This document shows, in pieces, positions 10,775-20,000 of a DNA stretch of 20,000 nt. The notes under the pieces are model-generated. The model did not search any database. It saw only the letters and a program-made list of their open reading frames with translations, and was not told the origin of the DNA. Location: positions 58,665 through 78,664 of the forward strand of contig JALJEE010002741.1 in NCBI GenBank assembly GCA_023231475.1, read 5' to 3'. Within the stretch, counting starts at the first letter, position 1; the number at the start of each line of letters is the position of its first letter. The DNA is from Seison nebaliae (taxonomy: Eukaryota). The translations under genes were made by a program, and so were the position numbers.

Positions 10775-11758
10775 ATGGTTCGGCATCAATATACAAAATG
10801 TCCGAATGTCATGAAAATGAGACAAAACTTGTCCGATAAGGAGACTGTAAAATTTTTCAAATGCGTTTCACAAGAACCAGTTGTTTGGGATATCTCATTA
10901 GACGACTATCGAAATACTCGACTGAGAACTAAGGGTTGGAAGAGAATATGCTTGAAAATGAACAATATAATCACAGTGGAGAAGGCAAGGAAAAGATTTA
11001 AAAATTTGAAAGGAAGATACAAGAGGGAATTGAAACGATTGAAAGTTCTTCCATCTTCGACAACTCCCGTCCAGTCCATCCAGTCTAATTGGAAACATTT
11101 AAAATGTATGAATTTTATGCGTGAACTTGTAATAAACGAGATAAGAAGAGAGACGAAACAAGAGATTAAAGAGGAGATGGCAGATAAGCAATTGGCTAAC
11201 AATTCATCACCTACTATTATTGATACGGAAATGAACATGATGACTTTTCTCAAACTCATCCGACAAAGACAATTGTTGTGGAATACAAACCATGACGATT
11301 ACAATAATTATGAAAGACGATTATTCTATTGGAATGAAATTATTCAACAATTACCTTATGTAATGAATGCAACAAGTGCCGCCAGAAAATTCCATGAAAT
11401 GCGTCTTCATTTTTTTAGGGAATTGAAGAAGATACAACTGAAACGAGCGACTAATGGAGAGACGGTATTAAGTCCTCGATGGAAATTATTTAAAGTATTT
11501 AAAGAATTGAATGAAATTTGTCAGATTTCAGAAGATGTCGATCCGATCAACAAGAAACATGTGTCGATAAGTAAACCAAAATTATCGGAAGAAAAAGAAA
11601 CGAAAATAATTGAAAAAAGAAAGAATGAAATGACAAATGGACAAAAAACAAAAGAAATCATTGAAGACAAATTTCGACCGTTTCCCCCACTTAAAATTAA
11701 CTTGAACAAATTTAAAAATAATAAACCATCCAAGGAAGAGGAAAATAATAAAATAAAA
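10775..11758 (+). CDS. Tandem MADF (Myb/SANT-like Adf-1) domain protein, exon 1
   Basis: Two MADF repeats: FFKCVSQEPVVWD..DYRN..R.KGW..I....RKRFKNLKGRYKRELK...W..LKCMNF and FLKLIRQRQLLWN..DYNN..RR..YW.EI....RKFHEMR..FFRELKK...W..F. Exon ends in phase 0 at GT 11759. Confidence 0.88.
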
Positions 11759-11814
11759 GTTCCATTTTTATTAATAATTCTCATTTATTAATATTCCTCA
11801 TAATCCGAATTCAG
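11759..11814 (+). other. 56 nt GT-AG intron of the MADF gene
   Basis: GTTCC...AT-rich...TTCAG. Removing it joins the 10775 ORF in frame with the 11881-12063 ORF and removes the implausible tail VPFLLIILIY*. Confidence 0.75.
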
Positions 11815-12063
11815 AATAATGTTGAAATTGATCACATAAACGATATTATTATTTCCGTTGACAATTTAGATGTTGATAAATTGAAATCTCTTACTTTGCC
11901 TTATCTCGTTGGCAATTTCATTTGTGATGTGATGGAGAGTTTCGATAAGACTAAAAATATGGCCACCATTTACCTCATAATGTCTTTTTTGGAAAAAGCC
12001 CAATCAACATCCTTAAAAGAACTGATAGAAATATTCAATACAATTTCTGGAAATAACGACTAG
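11815..12063 (+). CDS. MADF protein exon 2 (82 aa, possible BESS-like C-terminal motif); full product ~410 aa
   Basis: Open from 11815 (NNVEIDH...) to TAG at 12063. YLVGNFICDVMESFDKTKNMATIYLIMSFL resembles the amphipathic BESS motif often paired with MADF (inference). Confidence 0.72.
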   Translation, partial: NNVEIDHINDIIISVDNLDVDKLKSLTLPYLVGNFICDVMESFDKTKNMATIYLIMSFLEKAQSTSLKELIEIFNTISGNND

Positions 12064-12190
12064 AGATTAAATGATTTTGATTTAAATTATTGATAATTTA
12101 TTTATTTTTGTAAATTTCCACCACAAATTAATTTATTTCTATTTATTTTGAATAAACCTTTTTAATTATTAATTATAAATATAATTAATA

Positions 12191-12219
12191 GACGTCCACT
12201 ACAGTTTACAAAGGGTTAA
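12191..12219 (-). mobile_element. Possible lone piggyBac-like terminus
   Basis: Minus strand reads TTAA-CCCTTTGTAAACTGTAGTGGACGTC, which is a TTAA target followed by a CCC start as in piggyBac. No partner TIR found in the window. Confidence 0.3.
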
Positions 12220-12519
12220 AGAGTTTTAAGCGTTATAAAAATCTAGATAGAGCATTTAATTGAAATTAGAGAAAATGAATAATTATGCATCGGGAAACTA
12301 TTTGTTTTTGATTAACTGATTAGTTATTTTAATAAGATCATTGTTTTCTCTGAACTTTATTTCGCTAGAACTTTTCGAGTAATATAAAATGGAGAATGTT
12401 AAAAAATTTAAAACTATTAACATTACCGGAAAAAAAACCTGTTTGGCTCCAGTTGACCGACTACTTCATCTACTGTACATCAGCTGATCCACCTAATTCT
12501 GATAACGGGGATCATACTC

Positions 12520-13010
12520 TTTACTACAGATCACTATACTCTTTGGAAACTATTTCTCTATGCACACAACGTTCATCCCTGTCAATTGATCGCGCCTACA
12601 ATCGGCTTATCAGGAGATTAGTCTGTTGTTTCCACAGGTGCAATCGTTCTTTACTTTTCGCCATCCTCGGTTTTCTTCCACTGCCTATTCTCTTTTCACG
12701 TCGAATTTTTTCTCTCCTGGACAAAATTCCAATTTCGAATCCTCTCACTTCTTTTACTACTTATACTAATGCTTTCCACGTTCACTCAATCTTTTCTCAT
12801 ACTATTCGATACTACGATTTACCACGAGATATTCTCCTTCCCGATTTTAAGGACTTCATTTTTTCTTACGATCCGAATACGTCTTCTCCGATTAACCCAA
12901 AAACAAGAAACTTATCGACTTGCACAACTTGATCAACATTGGTGAGGACCGGAAGTTTTTTAATATTTTTTCTACTTTCGACGGGAATTTTGATAATAAT
13001 AAATAAATAA
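12520..13010 (+). mobile_element. 5'-truncated non-LTR retrotransposon (LINE) 3' fragment
   Basis: Peptide SLYSLE..RAYNRLIRRLVCCFHRCNRSLLFA..RYYDL..DFKDFIFSYDP is homologous to the region downstream of the RT in the 18559-19890 element (PLYSLE..RAYNRVIRRMICCFHRCNRSLFFA..RYYGL..GFKDFIFSYNP). Ends GGAATTTT plus a (TAA/TAAA)n tail at 12993-13010. The 5' boundary is uncertain. Confidence 0.8.
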
Positions 13011-13489
13011 TTTTCAATGGGAAATCAACATCATCATCTAATTGGAACTATACTACACAACTATAATTTTTTAAAATCACTTGTTAATATTTTTAGACAT
13101 ATCAAAATTTCTTTTTGCAGTTATTCGATTCCAGCTGACTTCTTCTGTTCAACGTCCATGTCGATTGTTGTACCTCTCGTGAAATTTTTGAAACTATCAT
13201 GACTCCTTATGGAACAAACACAAATGTTTTTAATAACATCTGTTTTAAAATCAATTGTTAATGGAGGTTGGTAAAGTTGTGACCAAGAACTTTTAAGAAA
13301 GATGTTTCATTAATAAGACAGATGAGTTTATAATCACTATCATTGTTTTGTAGTCATCCTTTATTTTAAGAACTTTATTATAAAACGATAGATAATGCTT
13401 AATTCACATTGTCTATCAATTAATAACATTATATAATTAGTTGTATAAAAAATAGTTCAATTAATTTTTAACAGTTCTTTGCTGTATTC

Positions 13490-14345
13490 ATATTTTATTT
13501 ATAATAAATAGAATCTCAAAACACGGAGCAAAATAAAAAAGGTGTCACTAGAAGCAATTCATTTGAATGAATGTTCTGAGCGTGGATGGAATTTCTTTTT
13601 AGAAGTAGTTTATCGTTATGAAAGTTATGATAGTCTTTGATCTTGAGCTGTTCTTTAACTGATCATGCAGTCGTTTTCATTTCGTATGGAATTCTATTTT
13701 GTGTGTTGAACGATTCAATGAAGTTTTGCAATTGCCTTTTATCGATGGAATAATACGATACGATGAATTTTCTGAAGAGATATGGGACGTCAGATCTCTG
13801 TCTGAGTTCATCATATATGTTCGCGTATCGCGATGATTTTATTTTGAGAATAAAATCTCTTTGTCTTTCGTATAGAATGATTGGAAGTGGCTTATAGTCG
13901 ATTATGAAGAAAGTGGCAGTTCAAAGTTCGTCATTGGTGGCAATTCGGCTATTTTTCTGATAATATTTTTGTAGGTTGAAATTAATTTATTTGTATTCTT
14001 GATCGTGCCTTGCATGATTTGGTTTATCCCGTATAGGTCATTAATATAGTATCGGAAGATTTTTAATTTCAGATTAATGTTCATATTTTGGAGTTTCGTC
14101 ATCATTTCATTTCCTTTGGTCTGGATTTTATTTTTGATAATATCGATCATTGAGTTGTCGTTCAGATTGTTTGTCAGTTCAATTCCTAAGATGTTTATTT
14201 GTTTCCTTGTTCTGAAAGATTGTCTTCCGATGGTAATTTCTTCAATGTCCGTTAACGACCATGATTTGGGTTTTTTCTTGGTTTATTCTAATTCCATTGC
14301 GTTCGAGATATTCTGCGGCGACGTTTATCTTCTTGATCAGTAGAT
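13490..14345 (-). mobile_element. Degenerate non-LTR retrotransposon fragment: RT domains 6-7, thumb and C-terminus
   Basis: Minus-strand EYLERNGIRINQEKTQIM (14269-14295, GLxINxxKT motif), then frameshifted INILGI (14181-14198, KYLG-type), then YKNIIRKIAELP...KPLPIIL resembling AYNRLIRRL...LPLPIL of the other copies. Contains stops and frameshifts. AATAAA near 13494-13499. Confidence 0.7.
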
Positions 14346-14591
14346 TTTTTGTTGATGCAGTGGATGTTCTTGGCAAACAAACGAGACCATTGGAAGAGGA
14401 CAATCAGCGTCTAGGGAAACTCGTTCAGTTAAATTTTGAACAAATTGCAAATTCTGTCAGCTCCAACAAGTGATAAATGACCGACGAGAACAGAGTCCCG
14501 ACAAAGTTCCTGAAGTTATCATGCTGGATCTATCCGCATCTCAGCAGCCGACTGCGCAGGTTCCAACGCTCCATACCAGATGTTCGTAAGT

Positions 14592-14640
14592 CGGGGGAAA
14601 AAAGAAGAAAAAAAAAAGAACGAAGAAAAAAAAAAAAGAG
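14592..14640 (+). repeat. Purine/A-rich low-complexity tract
   Basis: GGGGAAAAAAGAAGAAAAAAAAAAGAACGAAGAAAAAAAAAAAAGAG. Confidence 0.85.
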
Positions 14641-14769
14641 ATTAAGAAGTCGAATACTATCTCTGAACAATTGAAAAAAAAATGCCGTTAGCCAAAAAAG
14701 GATTCAGGTAAACATCGGAACTTCGCAAATCTGAAGCAGAAAAATGGGTCTAGTGGAACTGACGAAGAT

Positions 14770-15060
14770 GTGGCGGGATGGACAAAAACTTCCTCATATA
14801 TGGCCACCAGAAGGATATTGCTCTCCAACATGTGTCCGGATAACATGTGTCCTGGTATCGTGACAATGGTAAATGATGATTTGATGAGAATATTAGTAGA
14901 TTATGCGAATGATGCTTTTCATAATCGTACTGATTATAGTGATATACGATCATTCTTATTGGTGCCAGTTCCCAAGAATCAGAAAAAAAATCAAAATGAC
15001 GTCGAATCTTTCCGTCCGATTTGTGTTTCCAATTGTCTCATTAAGATCATGGAAAAAATT
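14770..15060 (+). mobile_element. Non-LTR retrotransposon RT N-terminal fragment (domains 0-2), truncated
   Basis: CPDNM (PGPDG-like), LLVPVPK, SFRPICVSNCLIKIMEKI (YRPISL..K..EKI motif, FRPI at 15010-15021). Homology stops at about 15060 and the rest of the ORF is AT-rich run-on. Confidence 0.8.
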
Positions 15061-15233
15061 TTCTCACCGAAATCGTTTCCATCGGAACGTTCTCGTTTTC
15101 AATTTCTTCATTATGATTATGACAAGCCATATTATTTCTCTCGAGTGCTATTTATTTCATCTAGAAAAATAAAAATATAATAAAAAAATTATATTTCCGA
15201 TCGATACATTGCTCTGATATCAACATTGAATTA

Positions 15234-15275
15234 ACTAGCGGTACAATTTCTGCGATCGCTTCGTAAGAGAATTGT
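15234..15275 (-). mobile_element. Possible Helitron-type 3' terminus (hairpin + CTAG|T)
   Basis: Minus strand: imperfect hairpin ACAATT-CTCTTACGA-AGCGA-TCGCAGA-AATTGT (15275-15243), then ACCG, CTAG (15238-15235) and T. No Rep/helicase and no 5' end identified. Confidence 0.3.
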
Positions 15276-15357
15276 TCACGATTGAAAAAAAACAAACTAT
15301 TAAATAAAATGTTGGGCTTGTTAAATTCTTTTATTTTTGGGCAATAAAAACATAAAG

Positions 15358-15362
15358 AAAAA
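15358..15362 (-). terminator. RNA polymerase III T-tract terminator for the tRNA
   Basis: TTTTT on the minus strand 6 nt after the tRNA discriminator base. Confidence 0.7.
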
Positions 15363-15368
15363 TGTATT

Positions 15369-15440
15369 TGCGTCAGCCGGGAATCGAACCCGGATCAATT
15401 GCTTGGAAGGCAACCATGCTAACCTTTACACCACTGACGC
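15369..15440 (-). tRNA. tRNA-Gly (anticodon TCC), intronless
   Basis: GCGTCAGTGGTGTAAAGGTTAGCATGGTTGCCTTCCAAGCAATTGATCCGGGTTCGATTCCCGGCTGACGCA: 7 bp acceptor stem GCGTCAG/CTGACGC, anticodon arm GTTGC-CT-TCC-AA-GCAAT, T arm CCGGG-TTCGATT-CCCGG, no encoded CCA. Confidence 0.97.
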
Positions 15441-16100
15441 ATGTTTAAAATTTTTTTCTCTTGTATTTCTGGATGGTAATCAATGGAATAAAAAGTCGAA
15501 AATAATTAAGTTAATAAAAATATACGCAAAATTAAAAATTAATACACGAATATTAATACGCATTAAAATTTGACAGTCTGTAGTATAAGTTCTATCTCAC
15601 TTTTAGAATCTTCATTTCCATCAATCATCATCTGATTCAGTCCATCACAAAATCATGCAACTAGTCAACAATAACATCATTTGATTGATGAATTAATCCT
15701 AGATTATAAATTCTGTCATAATATTTATTTTCTTCCTTGATCAACCATCCTCCGTACACTTTCCATTTTAAGTTTATGCACTATTAAGTTCGTTCTTTTT
15801 ATCGATTTTTTAGCGATCACAAAAAATAGTTCAATCTTACAGTCCTTCATAATAATAGTGTGAAAACACTTTAAATGAGATAGTTTCTATCGTAAAATTC
15901 TTTTATTTTGAATGAAACATTATTTTTCTTGAAAAAATAGATACGCACCATTATTCGGTAATATCAACCAACAAAATTATTGAAAACTTTGTGACATTTA
16001 AATGAAGGTAAAAAAATGAAAACAAATTTCATGCAGGATCATTTATTTTATATTTCCCTTTTTTTTAAATTCGTAAATACTTCGGTTTCATTTCATACAT

Positions 16101-18023
16101 ATGTTTTCATTAATATCTTTGGTGGAAAATAATACGGTCATTTTTAGAGATCCATTTATTAGACCTCCGCATATTGTGAATAAAGAAGGAGTTTGTTTTT
16201 CGTTGACTGCTCTTCAACTGATTATGGCGTCTCCTACATTAATGGTTCTATTATATGAGAAGAATCATTGTTCATCTATTCTTTGTTTTCATTTACAAAA
16301 AACCATCCAAAATAACACATCTGATAAAATAAGTTACTTTCACAATATAGAAAATGCATACCTCATTCATGAAGTTATGGTTATGATGGGATTCAAAACC
16401 ACTAATAAAGAAAAGAAAGGATTTTCATGTAACAACCATCCAGGCTCTTCCGGTTGTCAAAACGTTCTTCATTTTGAAGATTTTTCTGACTTTCATAATG
16501 GGAGTTTAATCCTTTGGAATTTTTACCGATTAGTTTATATGAAATCGAATTATCATTCGGCGAAAAAACAATGTAATTTTACTGATCCTTTAGAATCAAT
16601 GCCCAAGGTGAAAGACATATTTAATAAACTTGTTAGACCAAAATTTCTCTACGATTCTGATAAAGGGGAAGAATCTTCCAAATCATCATCTTTCTTCAAC
16701 GAAAATGATAAGGGAATTTGGCAACGATTAAAGGATTATTTCTGTTCGCTTTTTAATTCTATAAAGAATGATCGACAAACGTTTTTTAAAACAATTGAAG
16801 ACTATCGAAAATTTCATAATGTAAGATCGCTTTTTAGTTCGGTGTTAATGTTATTTCTAAATTCGTTATTCTATGAAAATGGTGGCACTAGACCAAAAGA
16901 AACTATCGTCCATACATTTCACGTTCAAAATATATTAGAGAAACCGATAGAACTGAAACATACTTCACTTTTTCCGTTACCTTCAGCTTTATACTATGAT
17001 TGTGTCACGTATTATCCACATTTGAATTTGACATATATTAAATTAACTGCGATGAAAAATAGAGAAAAAACTGAAATAAAAACTTATAACATATTTTTCT
17101 TCCTAACATTACCTTGGGAGAATGATATGTTTGAATCAACTGATGAATGGTTCCCACAAAAAACAGCTGAGTTGATCAATGAATATGGTATACCTTCGAC
17201 AGTTATTGTGGATTTCCGTGAAATCATCCGGATGGATCCCTTGGTAGTGCAATTTGCTCCATGGATATCTGTTTTTAATTCATTCATCGATTTCATTGAA
17301 AAGTCTGCAAGTGTAGAATTAAATGACGATATAAATTTCATTCCAACTTATAAACACTTAGATATTATGTATGAAAGAGCACAATTTAGATTTCCTGAGA
17401 GTTTTTGGTGTAAAAATGAAGTTTGTCGGAAAAAGTTATTTCAAAATTGTAATGTTTCAATCCAACAGAAAGTGGAAGAATATGAACTTTATGCGATTAC
17501 ATTATCTAGCATTTCACACAATTATCATTTACATACAAAATTTTTATTTTTAAGTTATATATCTAGCGATAAATTGTATGATAAGGAATTTGTAATAAAT
17601 CGAACTAACCAATTAACCAATTGGCTAAAAGGAATGCCCGAATTGAAAGAAGCAATTGAAAATATAAAGGGAAATATTATCGGTGATATTTATTCTCATA
17701 TTGAAAGAATTATTGAAAGGATAGTTCAGAAAGAAACACTTTACAACTTGGAACAGTTAAACAGAATAGAAAATGGTGGAGTTTCTGTTCACACCACAGA
17801 GCGTAGTGGGCATTCCTTAGTATTAATTCGAACTTTTAATTTAAGATGGTGGCTAATTAATGACGATGATGTGACACAAGTTGATAATTTGAGGGAATTC
17901 TTCAATGAACCTAATCATTTATTGACTACGTCTCCTGCTGCGACCGGTTGGCAACGTAGTACCACTTCTAAATATCTACGTGACAAATTAAGAAAATTCA
18001 TTAAACCAATAAAAAATTTGTGA
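16101..18023 (+). CDS. Divergent ubiquitin-specific protease (peptidase C19/USP)-like protein, 640 aa ORF
   Basis: Cys box HIVNKEGVCFSLTALQLIMASPTL (C32, 16194-16196; cf. GLxNxGNTCFxNSxLQxL), PSTVIVDFRE (cf. LPxxLxxxLKRF), RFPESF, YELYAI, His box SGHSLVLIR (H571, 17811-17813) and WWLINDDDV (N587/D588; cf. WxxFNDxxV). The exact 5' and 3' ends may be altered by splicing. Confidence 0.75.
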   Translation: MFSLISLVENNTVIFRDPFIRPPHIVNKEGVCFSLTALQLIMASPTLMVLLYEKNHCSSILCFHLQKTIQNNTSDKISYFHNIENAYLIHEVMVMMGFKTTNKEKKGFSCNNHPGSSGCQNVLHFEDFSDFHNGSLILWNFYRLVYMKSNYHSAKKQCNFTDPLESMPKVKDIFNKLVRPKFLYDSDKGEESSKSSSFFNENDKGIWQRLKDYFCSLFNSIKNDRQTFFKTIEDYRKFHNVRSLFSSVLMLFLNSLFYENGGTRPKETIVHTFHVQNILEKPIELKHTSLFPLPSALYYDCVTYYPHLNLTYIKLTAMKNREKTEIKTYNIFFFLTLPWENDMFESTDEWFPQKTAELINEYGIPSTVIVDFREIIRMDPLVVQFAPWISVFNSFIDFIEKSASVELNDDINFIPTYKHLDIMYERAQFRFPESFWCKNEVCRKKLFQNCNVSIQQKVEEYELYAITLSSISHNYHLHTKFLFLSYISSDKLYDKEFVINRTNQLTNWLKGMPELKEAIENIKGNIIGDIYSHIERIIERIVQKETLYNLEQLNRIENGGVSVHTTERSGHSLVLIRTFNLRWWLINDDDVTQVDNLREFFNEPNHLLTTSPAATGWQRSTTSKYLRDKLRKFIKPIKNL

Positions 18024-18052
18024 TTAAGAAACCGTTATACATATTTATATAG

Positions 18053-18123
18053 GTGATTTAAAAACTGTTTTTGAAGTTCTTCATTTCAAGATGATAATGT
18101 TCGATTCACGTGATGCCCGGTGA
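18053..18123 (+). CDS. Possible terminal exon of the USP-like gene
   Basis: A GT(17980)...TATAG(18052) 73 nt phase-1 intron would give ...KYLRDLKTVFEVLHFKMIMFDSRDAR*, supplying a hydrophobic strand like the final USP AYLLFY box. The donor GTGACA is weak. Confidence 0.35.
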
Positions 18124-18558
18124 AATATGAATCTATAACGTATATACGACTGAATGTCTCCTTTGACGATAACGTTCATAATCTGTAATTATGGAAACAG
18201 TTAATATCAAATATATTAGTTAATATTAATATAAACTAATATGTTGAATCAAGTTAATATAATATGAATCAAGAAAGATGAGTATTAGATACCTATTCTA
18301 TCTGTTCTACACTGTTGAGAGAATAAATAAACTGTGAAATTTGAACCGGACATAAGGAAATTTGTAATTCTACTTCTGACATTTCGTTCATTAGATGTAC
18401 GCGTCAGCGAATCGAATTGCCGAATGCGAATAATAATATACTGTAATTCTAACTGTAATCCTTGTTACCGGTTTTCCGACATCCTATTACGAGATAATAA
18501 ATAAAAACGAACGACCTATTTTATTAATCACGTAATAACCTTAAATAATTCCATTAAT

Positions 18559-19890
18559 ATTATTATTTATTTGTTTAAAATTCCTATGGGGATAAATTCG
18601 AGAAAATTTCGGTCTTTCTCGGTATAGATAAGGTATCGTTGTTGGTCGAGTGACTCGCATTTGAAGCTGGATTATAAGAAAATATGAAATCTTTGAAACC
18701 GTATAGAGATGTGCCTCGTGATAGACCATAATATCTGACGGAATGGGTAAGAATAGAATATGTGTGGAAAAGATAATTGACGGAAGGATGAGTGATAAAT
18801 AGATTTGTAAATAAATGAGTGTGAATGTGATAGGAGATTCACAGTAGCGAAGAAAAGAGAACGGTTGCATCTATGAAAACAACAAATCATCCTCCTAATA
18901 ACCCGATTGTAAGCCCGGTGTGAACCATTGTAAGAATCTCTGATGCATCTTCTCCAAAGAGTACAGTGGTAGCACAAGACACCTGAATAATGAAAGACGA
19001 TTTAGGACCGAAGGAGAAAAAAGCCCTGCAGAATTTATTTCCGATACGATCGAAAGCGGATGAGGAAAAGGACCGCATATCGATCAGCGAGCATAGGAAG
19101 ATAGTCGAAGAAGCAAGAGAAATGTTCGAGAACGAACGATTACCAGTTTAGAGCAACCAGAATTTCGATTCGTTAATAGCAATCCCTCTTTCAGCAAGAA
19201 GACGAGATTTACGTAGATAGGATTTCTTCATATAACGAAGGGAGCGATGTACTACCACGAAATCGTCAGTATATGTGGAAAAAAGAAATCGCCAATGGTG
19301 ATCCTATTACCCTCGTTAAGTTCGTGGAGGACGCCCTCAATAGCCAATCCTAATAACCAGGGACCTAGGATCGTATCTTGAGGGACTCCTGAATTAATTT
19401 GGAGCCACTACCTATAAATGGGTACTGGAGCTATTACCGTCAAAAGTATGGGGATTTGGGCATGAGTATGCGTCAATTTGGGGATTGAGTATGGGACGTG
19501 TTGACGCATGAGACATCAAAAGCATAACAAACGTTGACGGAATCGAATGCCTTTGAAGCATCAAGGAACAGAAGATTTAAGGAAAGTTTCTTATAGCCAA
19601 ACGGAGAGTCAGAAGGAGAGGATAAGTACAACGACAAGATGATCGATAGGCGAATTGATACTTTGACGAAAAAAGTACATTTCAATATCGGAACAAAATA
19701 AGGTTCTGGAATACTTTTAGCAGGAACGAAGAAACCCTGTTGGCATTTGAATATGTATATAAACGTTAAAAAACCGTTCTCAAGACGTTCAAATGCTTAC
19801 AGGGAATGCAGATCGGTCTGTATGAAATTAACGAGGTTTGATCGATATCCGATTTCTTAAAGAGTATCGAGATATATGAGAACTCATGAT
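18559..19890 (-). mobile_element. Degenerate, 5'-truncated non-LTR retrotransposon with nearly complete RT pseudogene
   Basis: Ordered RT motifs on the minus strand across frameshifts and stops: SYRPICI (19811-19822), QQGF, LFLDASKAFDSV (~19541-19569), GVPQDTILGP (19375-19389), YTDD (19262-19273), GIAINESK (19163-19186). These are followed by the C-terminal region shared with 12520-13010 and a GGAATTTT...AAATAAATAATAAT tail (18584-18559). Confidence 0.88.
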
Positions 19891-20000
19891 AAAAATAAAA
19901 AAAATAGTTTAATTAATTCTTAACACTTCTATGCTGTAAAAGCATCGAAGTTATATGATGATGAAAGATAATCCAAATTGATCTAAACCTTATGAATTAG

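Noticed and set aside
10898..11784. Minus-strand ORFs overlapping the MADF gene
   Set aside because: Antisense shadows of a well-supported CDS.
6031..15440. Functional linkage between GTPBP2 (rescue of tRNA-starved ribosomes) and the nearby tRNA-Gly
   Set aside because: They are about 7 kb apart with unrelated features between, and proximity in a eukaryotic genome is not evidence of a system.
15337..15573. 78 aa ORF across the tRNA
   Set aside because: Antisense translation of the tRNA gene and its AT-rich flanks.
18398..18420. GCGTCAGCGAATCGAA resembling the tRNA-Gly 3' end/B box
   Set aside because: Short gapped match with no cloverleaf or A box, probably chance.

Overview
AT-rich eukaryotic genomic window, most likely from an invertebrate animal (inferred from an aminergic GPCR, a MADF gene, short GT-AG introns and LINE relics). 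The organism cannot be identified from the sequence alone. There are four recognisable protein-coding genes: a catecholamine-type rhodopsin-family GPCR that runs off the left edge (minus strand, missing from the ORF track), an intronless divergent GTPBP1/2-family translational GTPase (minus), a two-exon tandem-MADF protein (plus) and a highly divergent USP/peptidase C19 deubiquitinase-like ORF (plus). There is also one tRNA-Gly(TCC). Mobile DNA includes a ~920 bp foldback-type inverted-repeat element with ~30 bp-period subrepeats, a 654 bp TA-flanked MITE containing a long internal hairpin, four degenerate non-LTR retrotransposon RT fragments (three with a homologous short C-terminal region), and possible lone piggyBac-like and Helitron-like termini. 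I found no clear novel multi-gene system. The strongest leads are substitutions at key residues in the GTPase (switch-II His to Asp) and the GPCR (DRY to DKY), the unusual USP architecture, and the foldback element.
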